Origin: Candidatus Eiseniibacteriota bacterium
GTDB taxonomy: Bacteria > Eisenbacteria > RBG-16-71-46 > CAVPCR01
Assembly: GCA_963823555.1 (NCBI GenBank)
Contig: CAWGMA010000001.1
Coordinates: 1,216,050 to 1,280,049, forward strand
Direction: 5' to 3'
DNA length: 64,000 bases
In this document: in pieces, positions 36,703-50,001 of the stretch
Position numbering within the stretch: position 1 is the stretch's first letter
Layout of the letters: the number at the start of each line of letters is the position of its first letter
Notes under the pieces: generated by a model
The model's input: the letters and a program-made list of their open reading frames with translations, nothing else
Database searches by the model: none
What the model was told of the DNA's origin: nothing
Position numbers and translations under genes: made by a program

Positions 36703-38331
36703 ATGATCACCGTTCATCCGTCAACGGCCCAGGCGGCCGCCGCCGACGTCGCGATCACGCGAGCCCTGCTCTCGGTCTACGACAAGCGCGGGCTCATCCC
36801 GCTCGGGCGCGCGCTGGCCGAGCGCGGCATCGAGATCGTGGCCACCGGAGGCACGGCCACGATCCTCGTCGAAGCTGGGCTGCCGGTCGTGCCGGTCGAT
36901 GAGCTCACCGGCTATCCCGAGATGCTCGATGGCCGGGTGAAGAGCCTGCATCCGGCGATCCATGCCGGGATCCTCTTCCAGCGCCACCTCGACGAGCACG
37001 TCAAGGACATCACCACCCATGGCATCCGCCCCATCGATCTCGTCGTGTGCACGCTCTATCCGTTCGCCGAGGCCCGGGAGCGCGCCGCGGAGCTCGCCGA
37101 GCTCGTCGAGTTCATCGATGTCGGCGGGCCGACCATGGTGCGGGCGGCGGCCAAGAACTTCGCGCATGTCGCCGTGGTGACGGGCCCTCACCAGTACGAG
37201 CCGCTGATCGAGGAACTCGCCGCGCGCGCGGGGAAGGTGTCGGGGGCGACCCGTCTTCGCCTGGCGGCCGAGGCCTTTGCCACGCTGGCCGCCTACGACG
37301 GGGCGGTCGCGGCGAGTCTCGGCGCTCTCGCCGCGGGGTCGGATGGCGATGCGGCCGGCGAGTCGCGACCGGGCTTGCCGGCGGTGCTCGCCCTCGGCGC
37401 GCGCCGGGAGCGCGTGCTCCGCTACGGGGAGAACCCGCACCAGCGGGCGGCCTTCTACGCGGAAACGAACGACGTGGGGCTCGCGGGTGCCCGGGTCCAC
37501 CAGGGCAAGGAGCTTTCGTACACCAATCTCCTCGACCTCGATGCGGCTCTGCTCGCCATGAGCGAGTTCCCGGGGGATTCCTGCGTGGTCGTCAAGCACG
37601 CGAGCCCGTCGGGGATCGCGGTCGCCCCGACTGCTGTCGAGGCCTTTCGTCTGGCCCGGGATGGCGATCCGCTCTCGGCCTTCGGCGGGGTCATCGGATC
37701 GGCGCGCCTCGTCGACGAGGAGATGGCGAACGAGATCGCCCGTGACTTCTACGAGGTTGTCGTCGCGCCGGGCTTCACGCCCGAGGCCCTGACCCGGCTG
37801 GCCCGGAAGCCCGCCCTCAGGGTGGTCGAGCTATCGAACGAGGCTCTGGCCCGCGCCGTCCGCGCGCAGCGCCTGCGCTCGATTCTCGGCGGCTACCTGG
37901 TGCAGGAGCCCGATCTCCGCCCCGCGGGGGACTCGCTCGCAGGCGAGGTCGTGACCCGCCGCCAGCCCACCACGGATGAGCGCGCGGCGCTTCGCTTCGC
38001 GTTCAAGGTGGCCAAGCTCGTGCGCTCGAATGCCATCGTCATTGCGCGTGCGGATCGCACGCTGGGAATCGGCGGCGGCCAGGCCAGTCGCATCGACGCG
38101 GTCGAGGTGGCGGCGATGAAGGCGGCGCGCGTGGGCCACGATGTGCGCGGCGCCGTGCTCGCCTCCGACGCCTTCTTCCCGTTCCCCGATGCGGTCGAGA
38201 GCGCTGGGCGTCTTGGCCTCACCGCCATCGTCCAGCCGGGCGGATCGAAGCGCGATGCGGATTCGATCGCCGCCTGCGATCGGCTGGGGATCGCCATGCT
38301 CTTTACCGGGGAGCGGCATTTCGTCCACTGA
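36703..38331 (+). CDS. purH: bifunctional AICAR transformylase / IMP cyclohydrolase
   Basis: MGS-like N-domain (LLSVYDKRGL...ATGGTA) and AICARFT C-domain (GGQ...SDAFFPF). Confidence 0.9.
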   Translation: MITVHPSTAQAAAADVAITRALLSVYDKRGLIPLGRALAERGIEIVATGGTATILVEAGLPVVPVDELTGYPEMLDGRVKSLHPAIHAGILFQRHLDEHVKDITTHGIRPIDLVVCTLYPFAEARERAAELAELVEFIDVGGPTMVRAAAKNFAHVAVVTGPHQYEPLIEELAARAGKVSGATRLRLAAEAFATLAAYDGAVAASLGALAAGSDGDAAGESRPGLPAVLALGARRERVLRYGENPHQRAAFYAETNDVGLAGARVHQGKELSYTNLLDLDAALLAMSEFPGDSCVVVKHASPSGIAVAPTAVEAFRLARDGDPLSAFGGVIGSARLVDEEMANEIARDFYEVVVAPGFTPEALTRLARKPALRVVELSNEALARAVRAQRLRSILGGYLVQEPDLRPAGDSLAGEVVTRRQPTTDERAALRFAFKVAKLVRSNAIVIARADRTLGIGGGQASRIDAVEVAAMKAARVGHDVRGAVLASDAFFPFPDAVESAGRLGLTAIVQPGGSKRDADSIAACDRLGIAMLFTGERHFVH

Positions 38332-38368
38332 GAGAAGAGACCCAGATCGATCCTGGGAGGAGGAACGC

Positions 38369-39955
38369 GTGGCTCAGACCGGCTCGTCAGCGGCGGTCGG
38401 GGGAGAGAAGAAGGGCGGGGTGAATACCGTGCCCATCGCCATCCTGGATTTCGGTTCGCAGTATGCGCAGCTCATTGCCCGGCGCGTGCGCGAGCGGCAC
38501 GTGTACTGCGAGATCCTGCGCCACGACACGCCGCTGGCCACCCTCAGGGAGAAGGGTGTGGAGGGCATCATTCTCTCCGGAGGTCCGGCGAGCGTGCTCT
38601 CGCCCCAGGCGCCCCGGCCGGATCCCGAGATCCTTGCCTCCGGGCTCCCCATTCTCGGTCTCTGTTACGGCATGGAGATCGTGACCCTCATGCTCGGCGG
38701 CCGCATCGAGCGGTCGACGATGCGCGAGTACGGGCTCTCCCGTCTCGAGGTCGAGAGCGAGGGCGAGGTCCTGGCCGGGCTCAAGGCGTTTCCGGCCTGG
38801 ATGAGCCACGGCGATTCGGTGGTCGAGCTGCCCCCGGATCTGGTTCCACTCGGTCGCACCGGCGACTGCCGTTTCGCGGCATCCCGCCACCGGACCCGGC
38901 CCATCTTCCTCCTCCAGTTCCACCCTGAGGTGGCCCATACCGAGGACCAGGGGAAGATCCTCGACAACTTCCTGTTCCGGATCTGCCGGCTCGAACCCGG
39001 CTGGACCATGGAGAATTTCGCGGCCGCGGCGGTTCAAAGCATCAAGGCGCAGGCGCCGGAGGGGACGGCCATCTGCGCCCTGTCGGGAGGCGTCGACTCC
39101 TCGGTGGCGGCCGTCCTTGCGGCGGAGGCCCTGGGGGCGCGGCTCGTGTGCATCTTCGTCGACCACGGGCTCCTGCGGGCCGGCGAGGCGGAGATGGTGA
39201 CGCACGAGCTCGAGGAACGCTTCCATCTCAACGTGCACCACGTGGACGCCTCGAACCTCTTCCTGTCCCGGCTGGCCGGGATCGAGGATCCGGAGGAGAA
39301 ACGCAAGCGCATCGGCGCCGCCTTCATCCAGGTCTTCGAGGACGAGGCGCGCCATCTCGACGATGCGCGCTATCTCGTGCAGGGGACCTTGTATCCAGAC
39401 GTGATCGAATCGGCGGCGGCCGGCGGGCCGGCGGCCACCATCAAGAGTCATCACAACGTGGGCGGGCTGCCGGAGAAGATGGGTCTCAAGCTGATCGAAC
39501 CCTTGCGCGAGCTCTTCAAGGACGAGGTGCGGGCGGTGGGGCGGGTGCTCGCGATCCCCGAGTCGGTGATCGGGCGACATCCGTTCCCCGGACCGGGGCT
39601 CGCCGTGCGTGTGATCGGTCCCGTCGATCGCGAGAGCCTCGAGGTGGCGCGCCGCGCCGATGCCATCTTCATCGAGGAGCTGCGCACGAGCGGGCTCTAC
39701 GATGCAGTCTGGCAGGCCTTTGCCGTACTCCTGCCGGTGAAGACGGTCGGCGTGATGGGAGACGAACGCACCTACGAAGAGGTGATCGCGCTGCGCGCCG
39801 TGAACTCCACCGACGGCATGACGGCGGACTGGGCGCGGCTGCCGGTGGATTTCCTCGGCCGCGTCGCCAATCGCATCGTGAACGAAGTCAGGGGCGTGAA
39901 CCGCGTCGTCTATGACCTCTCCTCCAAGCCCCCTGCCACCATCGAGTGGGAGTGA
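38369..39955 (+). CDS. guaA: GMP synthase (glutamine-hydrolysing)
   Basis: GTG start after GGGAGGAGG. GATase1 (LGLCYGME, HPE). ATP-PPase SGGVDSS P-loop. C-terminal dimerisation domain ending ...PPATIEWE. Confidence 0.9.
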   Translation: MAQTGSSAAVGGEKKGGVNTVPIAILDFGSQYAQLIARRVRERHVYCEILRHDTPLATLREKGVEGIILSGGPASVLSPQAPRPDPEILASGLPILGLCYGMEIVTLMLGGRIERSTMREYGLSRLEVESEGEVLAGLKAFPAWMSHGDSVVELPPDLVPLGRTGDCRFAASRHRTRPIFLLQFHPEVAHTEDQGKILDNFLFRICRLEPGWTMENFAAAAVQSIKAQAPEGTAICALSGGVDSSVAAVLAAEALGARLVCIFVDHGLLRAGEAEMVTHELEERFHLNVHHVDASNLFLSRLAGIEDPEEKRKRIGAAFIQVFEDEARHLDDARYLVQGTLYPDVIESAAAGGPAATIKSHHNVGGLPEKMGLKLIEPLRELFKDEVRAVGRVLAIPESVIGRHPFPGPGLAVRVIGPVDRESLEVARRADAIFIEELRTSGLYDAVWQAFAVLLPVKTVGVMGDERTYEEVIALRAVNSTDGMTADWARLPVDFLGRVANRIVNEVRGVNRVVYDLSSKPPATIEWE

Positions 39956-39960
39956 CCCGG

Positions 39961-42930
39961 ATGCCCGATCGACTCGGGGCGGCTGAAGCCGCCGGTCTCG
40001 TCCTCGCGGCGGTGCTCTGCTGCGGCGTCCCGCAGAGCGGAGCCATGCCGCTGCATCCAAGCGTCGCCGAGAACCTGGCCAAGAGGGGAGAGCTCGAGTC
40101 GTTCGCTCGGGAGCAGGCGGACCTCCAGGCCAAGGGCCTCGATCGTCCGGCGCGGGCCAAGCTCGGGAGTCATCGCGCCTCGGGGATGCACGTCGCGGTC
40201 CTCATCGTCGACTTCAGCGACAACCCGTGGCAGATCGAGCCCGCCTACACGCCGGACCATTATGACGATCTCCTCTTCTCGCGTGGCACCCATTCCACCG
40301 GGAGCCTGCGCGACTACTATCTCGAGAACTCCTACGAGGTCTTCGATCTGACCGGGCAGGTCTCGGGCTGGCATCGCATGCCGCAGACCTACGCTTACTA
40401 CGTCGATGGCAAGCGCGGCACACGGGGCAACTATCCGCGCAACGCCCAGAAGCTGGTCGAGGATGCCGTGCGCCTGGCCGACGCTCAGGATCCGACGCTC
40501 GATTGGCGCCAGTTCGACAACGACGGTCCCGACGGCATTCCCAGCTCCGGGGATGATGACGGCACGGTGGACGGACTCATCGTCATCCATGCCGGTCCGG
40601 GTTACGAGGAAACAGGCAACCCCAACGACATCCACTCGCACTACTGGAACGTGGTCGACGAGGACCTCGAAGTCGACGGCGTGCGCATCTTCAACTACAT
40701 GGTCGACCCGCAGAACGGACGCACCGGGGTCTTCGCGCACGAGTTCGGCCACAACATCGGTCTCGTCGACCTCTACGAGACCGATGGCGGGACCTCGAGC
40801 GTCGTGGGCGTGTGGTCGGTGATGTCGCTCGGGGCCTGGCTCTCGGCCACGGGTGGGGCGTTCGGGCCGGGCTCGGGCACGCGGCCGTCGCATCTCGATG
40901 CCTGGTCGAAGGTCGCCGCGGGTTTCCTCGAACCGGTCGACGTGTCGGCGAACGCCGTCCAGCGAGTCCTTGCCCCGTCGGAGACCAGCTCGGAGATCCT
41001 CCGCCTGTGGACCAATGGATCGGAATCGAACGAGTACTTCCTGGTCGAGAACCGGGCGCCCATCGGTTTCGACCGCGCTTTACCGTTCGCCTCGACCACG
41101 ATCGGTGGCTTCCTCGTCTGGCACGTCGATGAGGACGTGGCGACCAACGATGATGCGGCGCATCCTCGGGTTGCCCTCGAGCAGGCCGATGGCCGTTTCG
41201 ACATCGAGTCGAACCGCAACTACGGAGACGCCGGCGATCCGTTCAGCCTGGGCGATGCGTTCACCATGGCCTCGCTACCCTCGAGCCGGAGCTATGGCCT
41301 CGAGGACACCCAGGTGCGCGTGGAGAACATGCGGCTCGTGAGCGGCGCCACCTTCGCGGCCGATATCACCGTGGAGACTGCGCCCGCCGTGCGCAAGGTG
41401 CGCCTCATCGTCCGGGATGAGAGCGGCAATGGAGACGGCGGCCTGGACGCGACCGAGCAAGGCCAGATCGAGGTCGAGATCCAGAACATCGGGCTCGATG
41501 CCCGCAGCCTCGAGGTCCAGCTCGTGAGCCTCGACCCCCTCGTGACCATCGCCGGCGGTCCCCTCGCGGCCGGGGACGTGGCCGCCGATGCCGCCCTCAC
41601 GGTGCCCGGAGCCTTCTCCTTTCTCGTGTCGGAGCTGCCGGAAGATCCCTATCCCGTCATGCTGCGTCTCGACTACTCGGCGGCCGGCTACACGGCGAGC
41701 GAGGATGTGGTCGTGATGGCCGGAGACGTGATCGGCTTCGCCGCGAGCTTCGAGAGCGGGGAGGCGGGCTTCGTCCACTCCGGCGGCCGGCCGGGTTATC
41801 GCGATACGTGGCACGTCGCCCCGGGCGCCGGTCGCAACGGCCGGAGCGCCTACCGCTGTGCGCCGCCGGATTCGATCGCCTACGCCAATCTCACCGACGC
41901 CCGGCTCGACTCACCGTATTTCTCGCTCGATGGGACCTGCCGCCTCTTCCTGTGGCATACGATCGACGCCGAGGTGGATGTGGCCACGCGGGCCTGGGAC
42001 GGTGGGCTCGTGGAGCTGTCCGTGGACGGCGGGCCATTCACGGCGATCACGCCGGTGGGTGGCTATCCCTACCGCATCATCCGGAACTCGCAGAGCCCGA
42101 TCGCGGACCGGGAGGTCTTCTCGGGGACGACCAGCGGTTTCGAGCAGGTCGAGTTCGACCTCGCCGGTCTCACGGGCGCCGCTCGCCTGCGTTTCCACTT
42201 CGGTTCCGACGGCTCGATCACGCAGCGAGGCTGGGTGGTGGACGAGGTCACGGTGGTCTCGCCGGCCGAGCCCTACGCGGTGACCTTCCTCACGCCGAGC
42301 GTGGATGCCGGGGGGCAGGTCCTGGTCGATTTCGAGGTGCAGGAGTTCTTCCCCGAGCTGCCCTACGCGGGACGGGGCTTCAGGGTCCACCGCCGCGCGG
42401 AGAGCCCGACCTTCCCCCTCAAGATGGCGGGGGCCACGGGAGTCCCCGATGGCTACGAGCTTCTGACGCCGGCCCCGTTGCCGCCGGACGCGAGCTACCT
42501 GGACACCGACGTCCGCCCGGCGGAGATCTTCGCGTACCTCCTCGAGGATCTGCGCGAGGAGGGGGAGGCGTCCCGATTCTACGGCCCGCGCACGGTCTAC
42601 GTGCCCGGAGGACCGGCGTCAGCCCGGATCGTGCGGGCGGTGCCCAGCGTGTTCGAGCCGGCCCAGTCGCCGACGACTCGTATCGAGTTCCTCGTGCCTC
42701 CGGGCTCGGGCCGGAACGTTGCCGCCGCCGTGCCGGTCAAGCTCTCCGTGTACGATCTGTCGGGCCGGCAGGTCGCGACCCTGGTCCATGAGGACCGGTT
42801 GCCGGGCAAGAACGTGGCCGAATGGAACGGCGTCGGCTCCCGCGGTTTCGCGGCCCCCTCCGGTGTCTACTTCCTCCGACTCGAGGCGGGGGAGGAGACG
42901 GCCGGTCGGCGGCTCGTGCTCCTGCGTTGA
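39961..42930 (+). CDS. M6-family (immune inhibitor A-like) secreted metalloprotease with T9SS C-terminal sorting domain
   Basis: Signal peptide. HEFGHNIGLVDLYE zincin motif within an InhA-like catalytic domain. Long beta-rich middle region. C-terminal VKLSVYDLSGRQVATLV...GVYFLRLEAGEETAGRRLVLLR is a Por/T9SS CTD. Confidence 0.75.
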   Translation: MPDRLGAAEAAGLVLAAVLCCGVPQSGAMPLHPSVAENLAKRGELESFAREQADLQAKGLDRPARAKLGSHRASGMHVAVLIVDFSDNPWQIEPAYTPDHYDDLLFSRGTHSTGSLRDYYLENSYEVFDLTGQVSGWHRMPQTYAYYVDGKRGTRGNYPRNAQKLVEDAVRLADAQDPTLDWRQFDNDGPDGIPSSGDDDGTVDGLIVIHAGPGYEETGNPNDIHSHYWNVVDEDLEVDGVRIFNYMVDPQNGRTGVFAHEFGHNIGLVDLYETDGGTSSVVGVWSVMSLGAWLSATGGAFGPGSGTRPSHLDAWSKVAAGFLEPVDVSANAVQRVLAPSETSSEILRLWTNGSESNEYFLVENRAPIGFDRALPFASTTIGGFLVWHVDEDVATNDDAAHPRVALEQADGRFDIESNRNYGDAGDPFSLGDAFTMASLPSSRSYGLEDTQVRVENMRLVSGATFAADITVETAPAVRKVRLIVRDESGNGDGGLDATEQGQIEVEIQNIGLDARSLEVQLVSLDPLVTIAGGPLAAGDVAADAALTVPGAFSFLVSELPEDPYPVMLRLDYSAAGYTASEDVVVMAGDVIGFAASFESGEAGFVHSGGRPGYRDTWHVAPGAGRNGRSAYRCAPPDSIAYANLTDARLDSPYFSLDGTCRLFLWHTIDAEVDVATRAWDGGLVELSVDGGPFTAITPVGGYPYRIIRNSQSPIADREVFSGTTSGFEQVEFDLAGLTGAARLRFHFGSDGSITQRGWVVDEVTVVSPAEPYAVTFLTPSVDAGGQVLVDFEVQEFFPELPYAGRGFRVHRRAESPTFPLKMAGATGVPDGYELLTPAPLPPDASYLDTDVRPAEIFAYLLEDLREEGEASRFYGPRTVYVPGGPASARIVRAVPSVFEPAQSPTTRIEFLVPPGSGRNVAAAVPVKLSVYDLSGRQVATLVHEDRLPGKNVAEWNGVGSRGFAAPSGVYFLRLEAGEETAGRRLVLLR

Positions 42931-43228
42931 CCCGGGAGCTTGTCGTCACCTGAGGCTCCTGTTATGGTCGGCGCCGTGTGGTGCGGTGACCAAGCTGGTC
43001 CGTGCATCGCACGTGCGATCTCCCCCGCGGTGCCCCGGGCCCACGAGCCTTCGCGGGAAAGGCGTGGTTACCGAGGACGCCAGCGTGCAGGTGTGCCGGC
43101 GTGGCCAGTCATGGTTCTCGCGGCCTGCGCGGCCAATCCCCTGTCCTGTCGCCAACCCTCGGTGATCGCCCCGTTCCTCTTGGCGCGCTGCCGCAACGGA
43201 ATGCTGGCAGCGGAACGAGGTAAGGCGA

Positions 43229-45796
43229 ATGGCTCTCCCTCTTCTCGACCTCGCCACACAGACCCCGGTTCATTCCCGTTGCTTGACCCATGGCGAGTCG
43301 GATCGTGCCCACGCCGGATCGGCGCTCGCCATCCTGGCCCACGATGCCACGGGCCATAGCGCCGGCTGGCCGCAGGCCCTGGCGGCCTACCGCCATCTGT
43401 GGGCCGGCTACAAGGGACATGCCCCGCTCCGCCGAGTGAGCGAATTGCTCACGACCGGCATGCGCGGGCTGGCCGCCAATCGCGACTTCCTTTCCCAGCC
43501 GGAGATCACAGCGGCGTTCCTCGGCCTCGATGGGGGGCACGTCCTGGCCTATGCCACGCGGACGGCTCTCGTCCTGGTCCGGCACGGGTCGGATCTGGCC
43601 GAGCTCGGGCCCGACGGTTTTCATCCGCTTCCGGAGAGCGGCACCCTGGCGCGGGCGATGACCGGCACCGGACTGCTGCGGGGATCCCTGGCGCTCAGCA
43701 CGGGTGACGCCATTTGCCTGATGAGCCGGCAGGCGGCGGCGCGTGTCGGACTGTGGCGGTTGCGTGAGGCGATGAGCGCTCAGTCGGCGGCCGATCTTCT
43801 CAACGGACTGGGTCCGCTGGATGAGCCGGTCCTGGCCGCGCGGCTGAATCGCGCCCCGGTCCAGCGCGCGGTCCCGATCGAGGGGGTCCTGGCGGCGGTG
43901 GCGAACGCGAATCCGTGGGCCGGGTCCCGGGCCGGGACCGAGCCCCGTGTCGCGGTCGAATCCACCGATCGGGCCGCCACGAACGCCGCCTTGCCCGAGC
44001 GGAGCGCGACCGCAGAGCCCGAGCCAGGCACCGCCGGGGTATCGGGCATCGTGTCCGAAGCGGGCGCTGAGCCCGAAGCGGGGACCACGCCCGGGTCGAG
44101 CCGAGACGAGGAGTCGGCACCGGAATCGAGCCTCGCCCGGGCGCAGCCGCAAGCCGAGCCCGATGGGGACCGCAGTGCGTCTCGAGAAGGGGACGCCGCT
44201 CCTCCGTTGTTCGTGCGCTCCGGACGTCGTCATCGCGAGGCGGAGCCCTCGTGGCGCGAGCGATGGCTGGGTGGTTCACCCCCCGACCCCGGGCCCGAGA
44301 GGGAGCGGCATGCAAGAACGGACCTCCCCGAGCAGCCGGTCCCTGAAGCGGCCATGGACCGACGTTTCGAACTGGAGCCCGCTCCAGCTGACGAGCCCCA
44401 GGAAGACCTCTTCTTCTCGCCGGAGGTGACGGAGGCGACCGCTTCTCGAGAACCCGGATTCGTCCTGCCTGCACCGAGCCCTGGTGCTGGAGGCGCCGAT
44501 GCTGAACGAATGGCGGAGGGATCGATCATGGTTCCCGGCCGCCGTTCGCTCAGGGCCGAGGAGGCCGGGGCCGGCTGGCGCCTGCCTGGAAACAAGGACT
44601 CCTTTCTCCTCCGGCGCTGGTTCACCTGGGCGACGGTCGGCCTCGGCCTCGTGGCGGCTCTCGTCATCATCATCCTGATCGGTCGCTTCCTCACCGGGGC
44701 CGGTCCCACGGGTCCCAAGGTGGAAGGGCTCGATGTCTCATCCAGGTCGGCCGGGTCCGGCGCCGTGGGAGAGGAGGATCCAGGCGTTCCGCCGCTCCCG
44801 CCCTTCTCGGGGGCGAGCTGGACCAAGACCTTCAAGGACGCGATCACGTCCTCGCCGCTCGTCGTGGGCGAGCGCGTGATCTTCGGCGGTCGGGACGGGA
44901 ATCTCTATGCCCTCAGCATCCACGATGGAGGTGAGGCGTGGCGGCTTCGGGCCGGGTCCGGCATGGGTTCCTCGCCGGCGGCGGCAGGTGATCTGGTCGT
45001 GATCGGCACCTACGGAGGCGACGTGCTCGCAGCCGACGCGGCGAGCGGGACGGAACGCTGGCGCTCCAAGACCGGAGGCAAGATCGTATCCTCCCCGGTC
45101 TTCGATGCCGCATCCGGCCTCGTCGTGATCGGCTCGCACGACAATCGCGTCCACGCCTTGAACGCCGTCGACGGGACGACCCGCTGGCGGGCGGCGACAG
45201 GCGGCATCGTCTGGGCCTCGCCGACGATCGATCGCAACCGCGTGTTTGTCGGCTCGCACGACAAGATGCTCTACTGCCTGGACCTCGAGAGCGGGGACGT
45301 CGTCTGGCGGTCATCGGCGGATGATGCTGTCTCGACCACTGCGGCTGTGGCCGGTGACCGCGTCGTCATCGGGACCACCAAGGGAACCGTGGCGGCGTAC
45401 GCCCTGGCGGACGGCAAGAGGTTGTGGACCCGGAAGGTGAAGAGCGCTTGCGGAGGCGCCGCCGTGGTTGCCGGGGATATGGTCCTGATCGGAACCGATG
45501 TCGGGAACGTCCTGGCCTTGAACCTGGCCGATGGCGCCGAGCGCTACCGGGTGCGGACGGGAGATGCGGTCAAGTGCCGCCCCGCAGTGAGCGGAGATCT
45601 CGCGTGGATCACCGGATACGATGGCAATCTGCGGGTCTTCGATCTGGCGACCGGCGAGGAGCAGTGGAAGTTCAAGGCCAAGGGGCGGCTCTATTCGAGC
45701 CCGGCGGTGCTGGGCCGCACGGCCTTCTTCGGTTCCATGGACAACCTCTTCTATGCGGCGACCTGGCCCGAGGAGGCCCCGGCGACGGCGCGCTGA
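43229..45796 (+). CDS. membrane protein: N-terminal cytoplasmic PP2C-like (possibly degenerate) phosphatase domain, acidic/Pro-rich linker, single TM helix, C-terminal PQQ-type beta-propeller
   Basis: N-terminus has PPM-like blocks (AILAHDATGHSAG; HVLAYATRTALVLVRHGSD; LARAMTGT; TGDAICLMSRQAA). TM WFTWATVGLGLVAALVIIILIGRFL. C-terminal repeats (GNLYALSIHDGGEAWR, RVHALNAVDGTTRWR, MLYCLDLESGDVVWR, GNLRVFDLATGEEQWK) are PQQ/BamB-like. Confidence 0.55.
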   Translation: MALPLLDLATQTPVHSRCLTHGESDRAHAGSALAILAHDATGHSAGWPQALAAYRHLWAGYKGHAPLRRVSELLTTGMRGLAANRDFLSQPEITAAFLGLDGGHVLAYATRTALVLVRHGSDLAELGPDGFHPLPESGTLARAMTGTGLLRGSLALSTGDAICLMSRQAAARVGLWRLREAMSAQSAADLLNGLGPLDEPVLAARLNRAPVQRAVPIEGVLAAVANANPWAGSRAGTEPRVAVESTDRAATNAALPERSATAEPEPGTAGVSGIVSEAGAEPEAGTTPGSSRDEESAPESSLARAQPQAEPDGDRSASREGDAAPPLFVRSGRRHREAEPSWRERWLGGSPPDPGPERERHARTDLPEQPVPEAAMDRRFELEPAPADEPQEDLFFSPEVTEATASREPGFVLPAPSPGAGGADAERMAEGSIMVPGRRSLRAEEAGAGWRLPGNKDSFLLRRWFTWATVGLGLVAALVIIILIGRFLTGAGPTGPKVEGLDVSSRSAGSGAVGEEDPGVPPLPPFSGASWTKTFKDAITSSPLVVGERVIFGGRDGNLYALSIHDGGEAWRLRAGSGMGSSPAAAGDLVVIGTYGGDVLAADAASGTERWRSKTGGKIVSSPVFDAASGLVVIGSHDNRVHALNAVDGTTRWRAATGGIVWASPTIDRNRVFVGSHDKMLYCLDLESGDVVWRSSADDAVSTTAAVAGDRVVIGTTKGTVAAYALADGKRLWTRKVKSACGGAAVVAGDMVLIGTDVGNVLALNLADGAERYRVRTGDAVKCRPAVSGDLAWITGYDGNLRVFDLATGEEQWKFKAKGRLYSSPAVLGRTAFFGSMDNLFYAATWPEEAPATAR

Positions 45797-45949
45797 GCTT
45801 GTCGTCCCGCTCGAGGTGGTCAAGCCAAATCGTTGTATTAAATTGGTTTGTGCTCGTCGTTCTGATGCTTTCCCGCTGCCCGCGCGACATCTGCTAGCCT
45901 TCTTGGCTTGCAGGGCGTGCGTGGCCATGCTCCAGCGTCGTTACCCGCC

Positions 45950-45968
45950 AGTCCCTGGCCTTCGGGCC
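45950..45968 (+). other. UUCG-tetraloop hairpin in secA 5' leader
   Basis: CCTGGCC-ttcg-GGCCAGC stem-loop about 150 nt upstream of the secA start. Confidence 0.3.
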
Positions 45969-46115
45969 AGCGGGGGAATGAGAACCGCTCGAGCGATGCC
46001 GTTGTAAGCTCCCCCGAGAAGCGGGCGCCCGGGCCGGGCGCTGGCGAGGCGATTCGCGCCCGGGGCGCCGGCGCTCTGATTCAGGCGTCACCGGTGGGAA
46101 AGCAAGGGAGTAGCA

Positions 46116-49204
<3,089 letters not shown>

Positions 49205-49444
49205 GGCGGGGCCCGGAGGTCGGTCGTAACGACCCATGCCCCTGTGGCAGCGGCAAGAAGTACAAGAAGTGTCACCTCCTCCTGGAAGGTCAGAAAGCAA
49301 GATAATGCTTTGCTAATAAAGGCGTTATAGGCCGTTAGCCCTCCCGGGCGAAATTGCCCTGTAACCTTAGAGGGGGCTGACCGATCTGAGAGGATGATGG
49401 CGGGCCCGGGCCCGGTGGGCCTCCCGCCGGCGAGGAGGATCTCG

Positions 49445-49921
49445 ATGGACGATCCAGTCGACGAAGTACTCATGGTCATCGTGCAGCAGCTGCGCGCCTA
49501 TATGCGCGGGGACACGCATGCCATCGAGGACCTGTCCGACTGGCTCGATTCCGGCGAGTTCGATCAGGCCGCCGTGAGCTCTGCGTTCCAGTTCTTGCTT
49601 CAACTCATCGAGCCCTACACGACCGGGCTCTACGTCGAGAAGGGTAGCCGGCGCAAGGTCAACAACCGGATTCTCGATCGCGCGGAGCGGGAGCTCCTGT
49701 CGCGCGAGGCCTACGGCCATCTGCTCAAGCTCCGGGACCAGGGTGCTCTCGATGACTTCCAGCTCGAACTGATCCTGAACCAGATCGTGGGTACGCGTTC
49801 GGAGCCCGTCGATCTCGATGAGATCAAGCGCATCATCAACGCCGTGCTCTTCCACTCTCCCGACGGAGAAGGAGAGGGTTCGCTGCCGCAGGGTGAGGAC
49901 GATCTGCCACGTCCGCACTAG
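49445..49921 (+). CDS. smg: Smg protein (DUF494)
   Basis: Similarity to E. coli Smg, including the acidic C-terminus. Position immediately upstream of topA matches the dprA-smg-topA synteny. Confidence 0.7.
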   Translation: MDDPVDEVLMVIVQQLRAYMRGDTHAIEDLSDWLDSGEFDQAAVSSAFQFLLQLIEPYTTGLYVEKGSRRKVNNRILDRAERELLSREAYGHLLKLRDQGALDDFQLELILNQIVGTRSEPVDLDEIKRIINAVLFHSPDGEGEGSLPQGEDDLPRPH

Positions 49922-50001
49922 ATCCGTGGCCCGGCGCTCTGTCCGGGCCGTTCGGGCACTCGACCAGCAGCCATCGGGACTGAAATCGTGAGGACCGCTC
50001 T

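Noticed and set aside
42936-42947. Shared 12-mer GAGCTTGTCGTC directly after the stop codons of two consecutive genes (also at 45795-45806)
   Set aside because: A 12-mer recurring once in 64 kb is expected by chance (on the order of 100 such pairs), and there is no extended similarity around the match.
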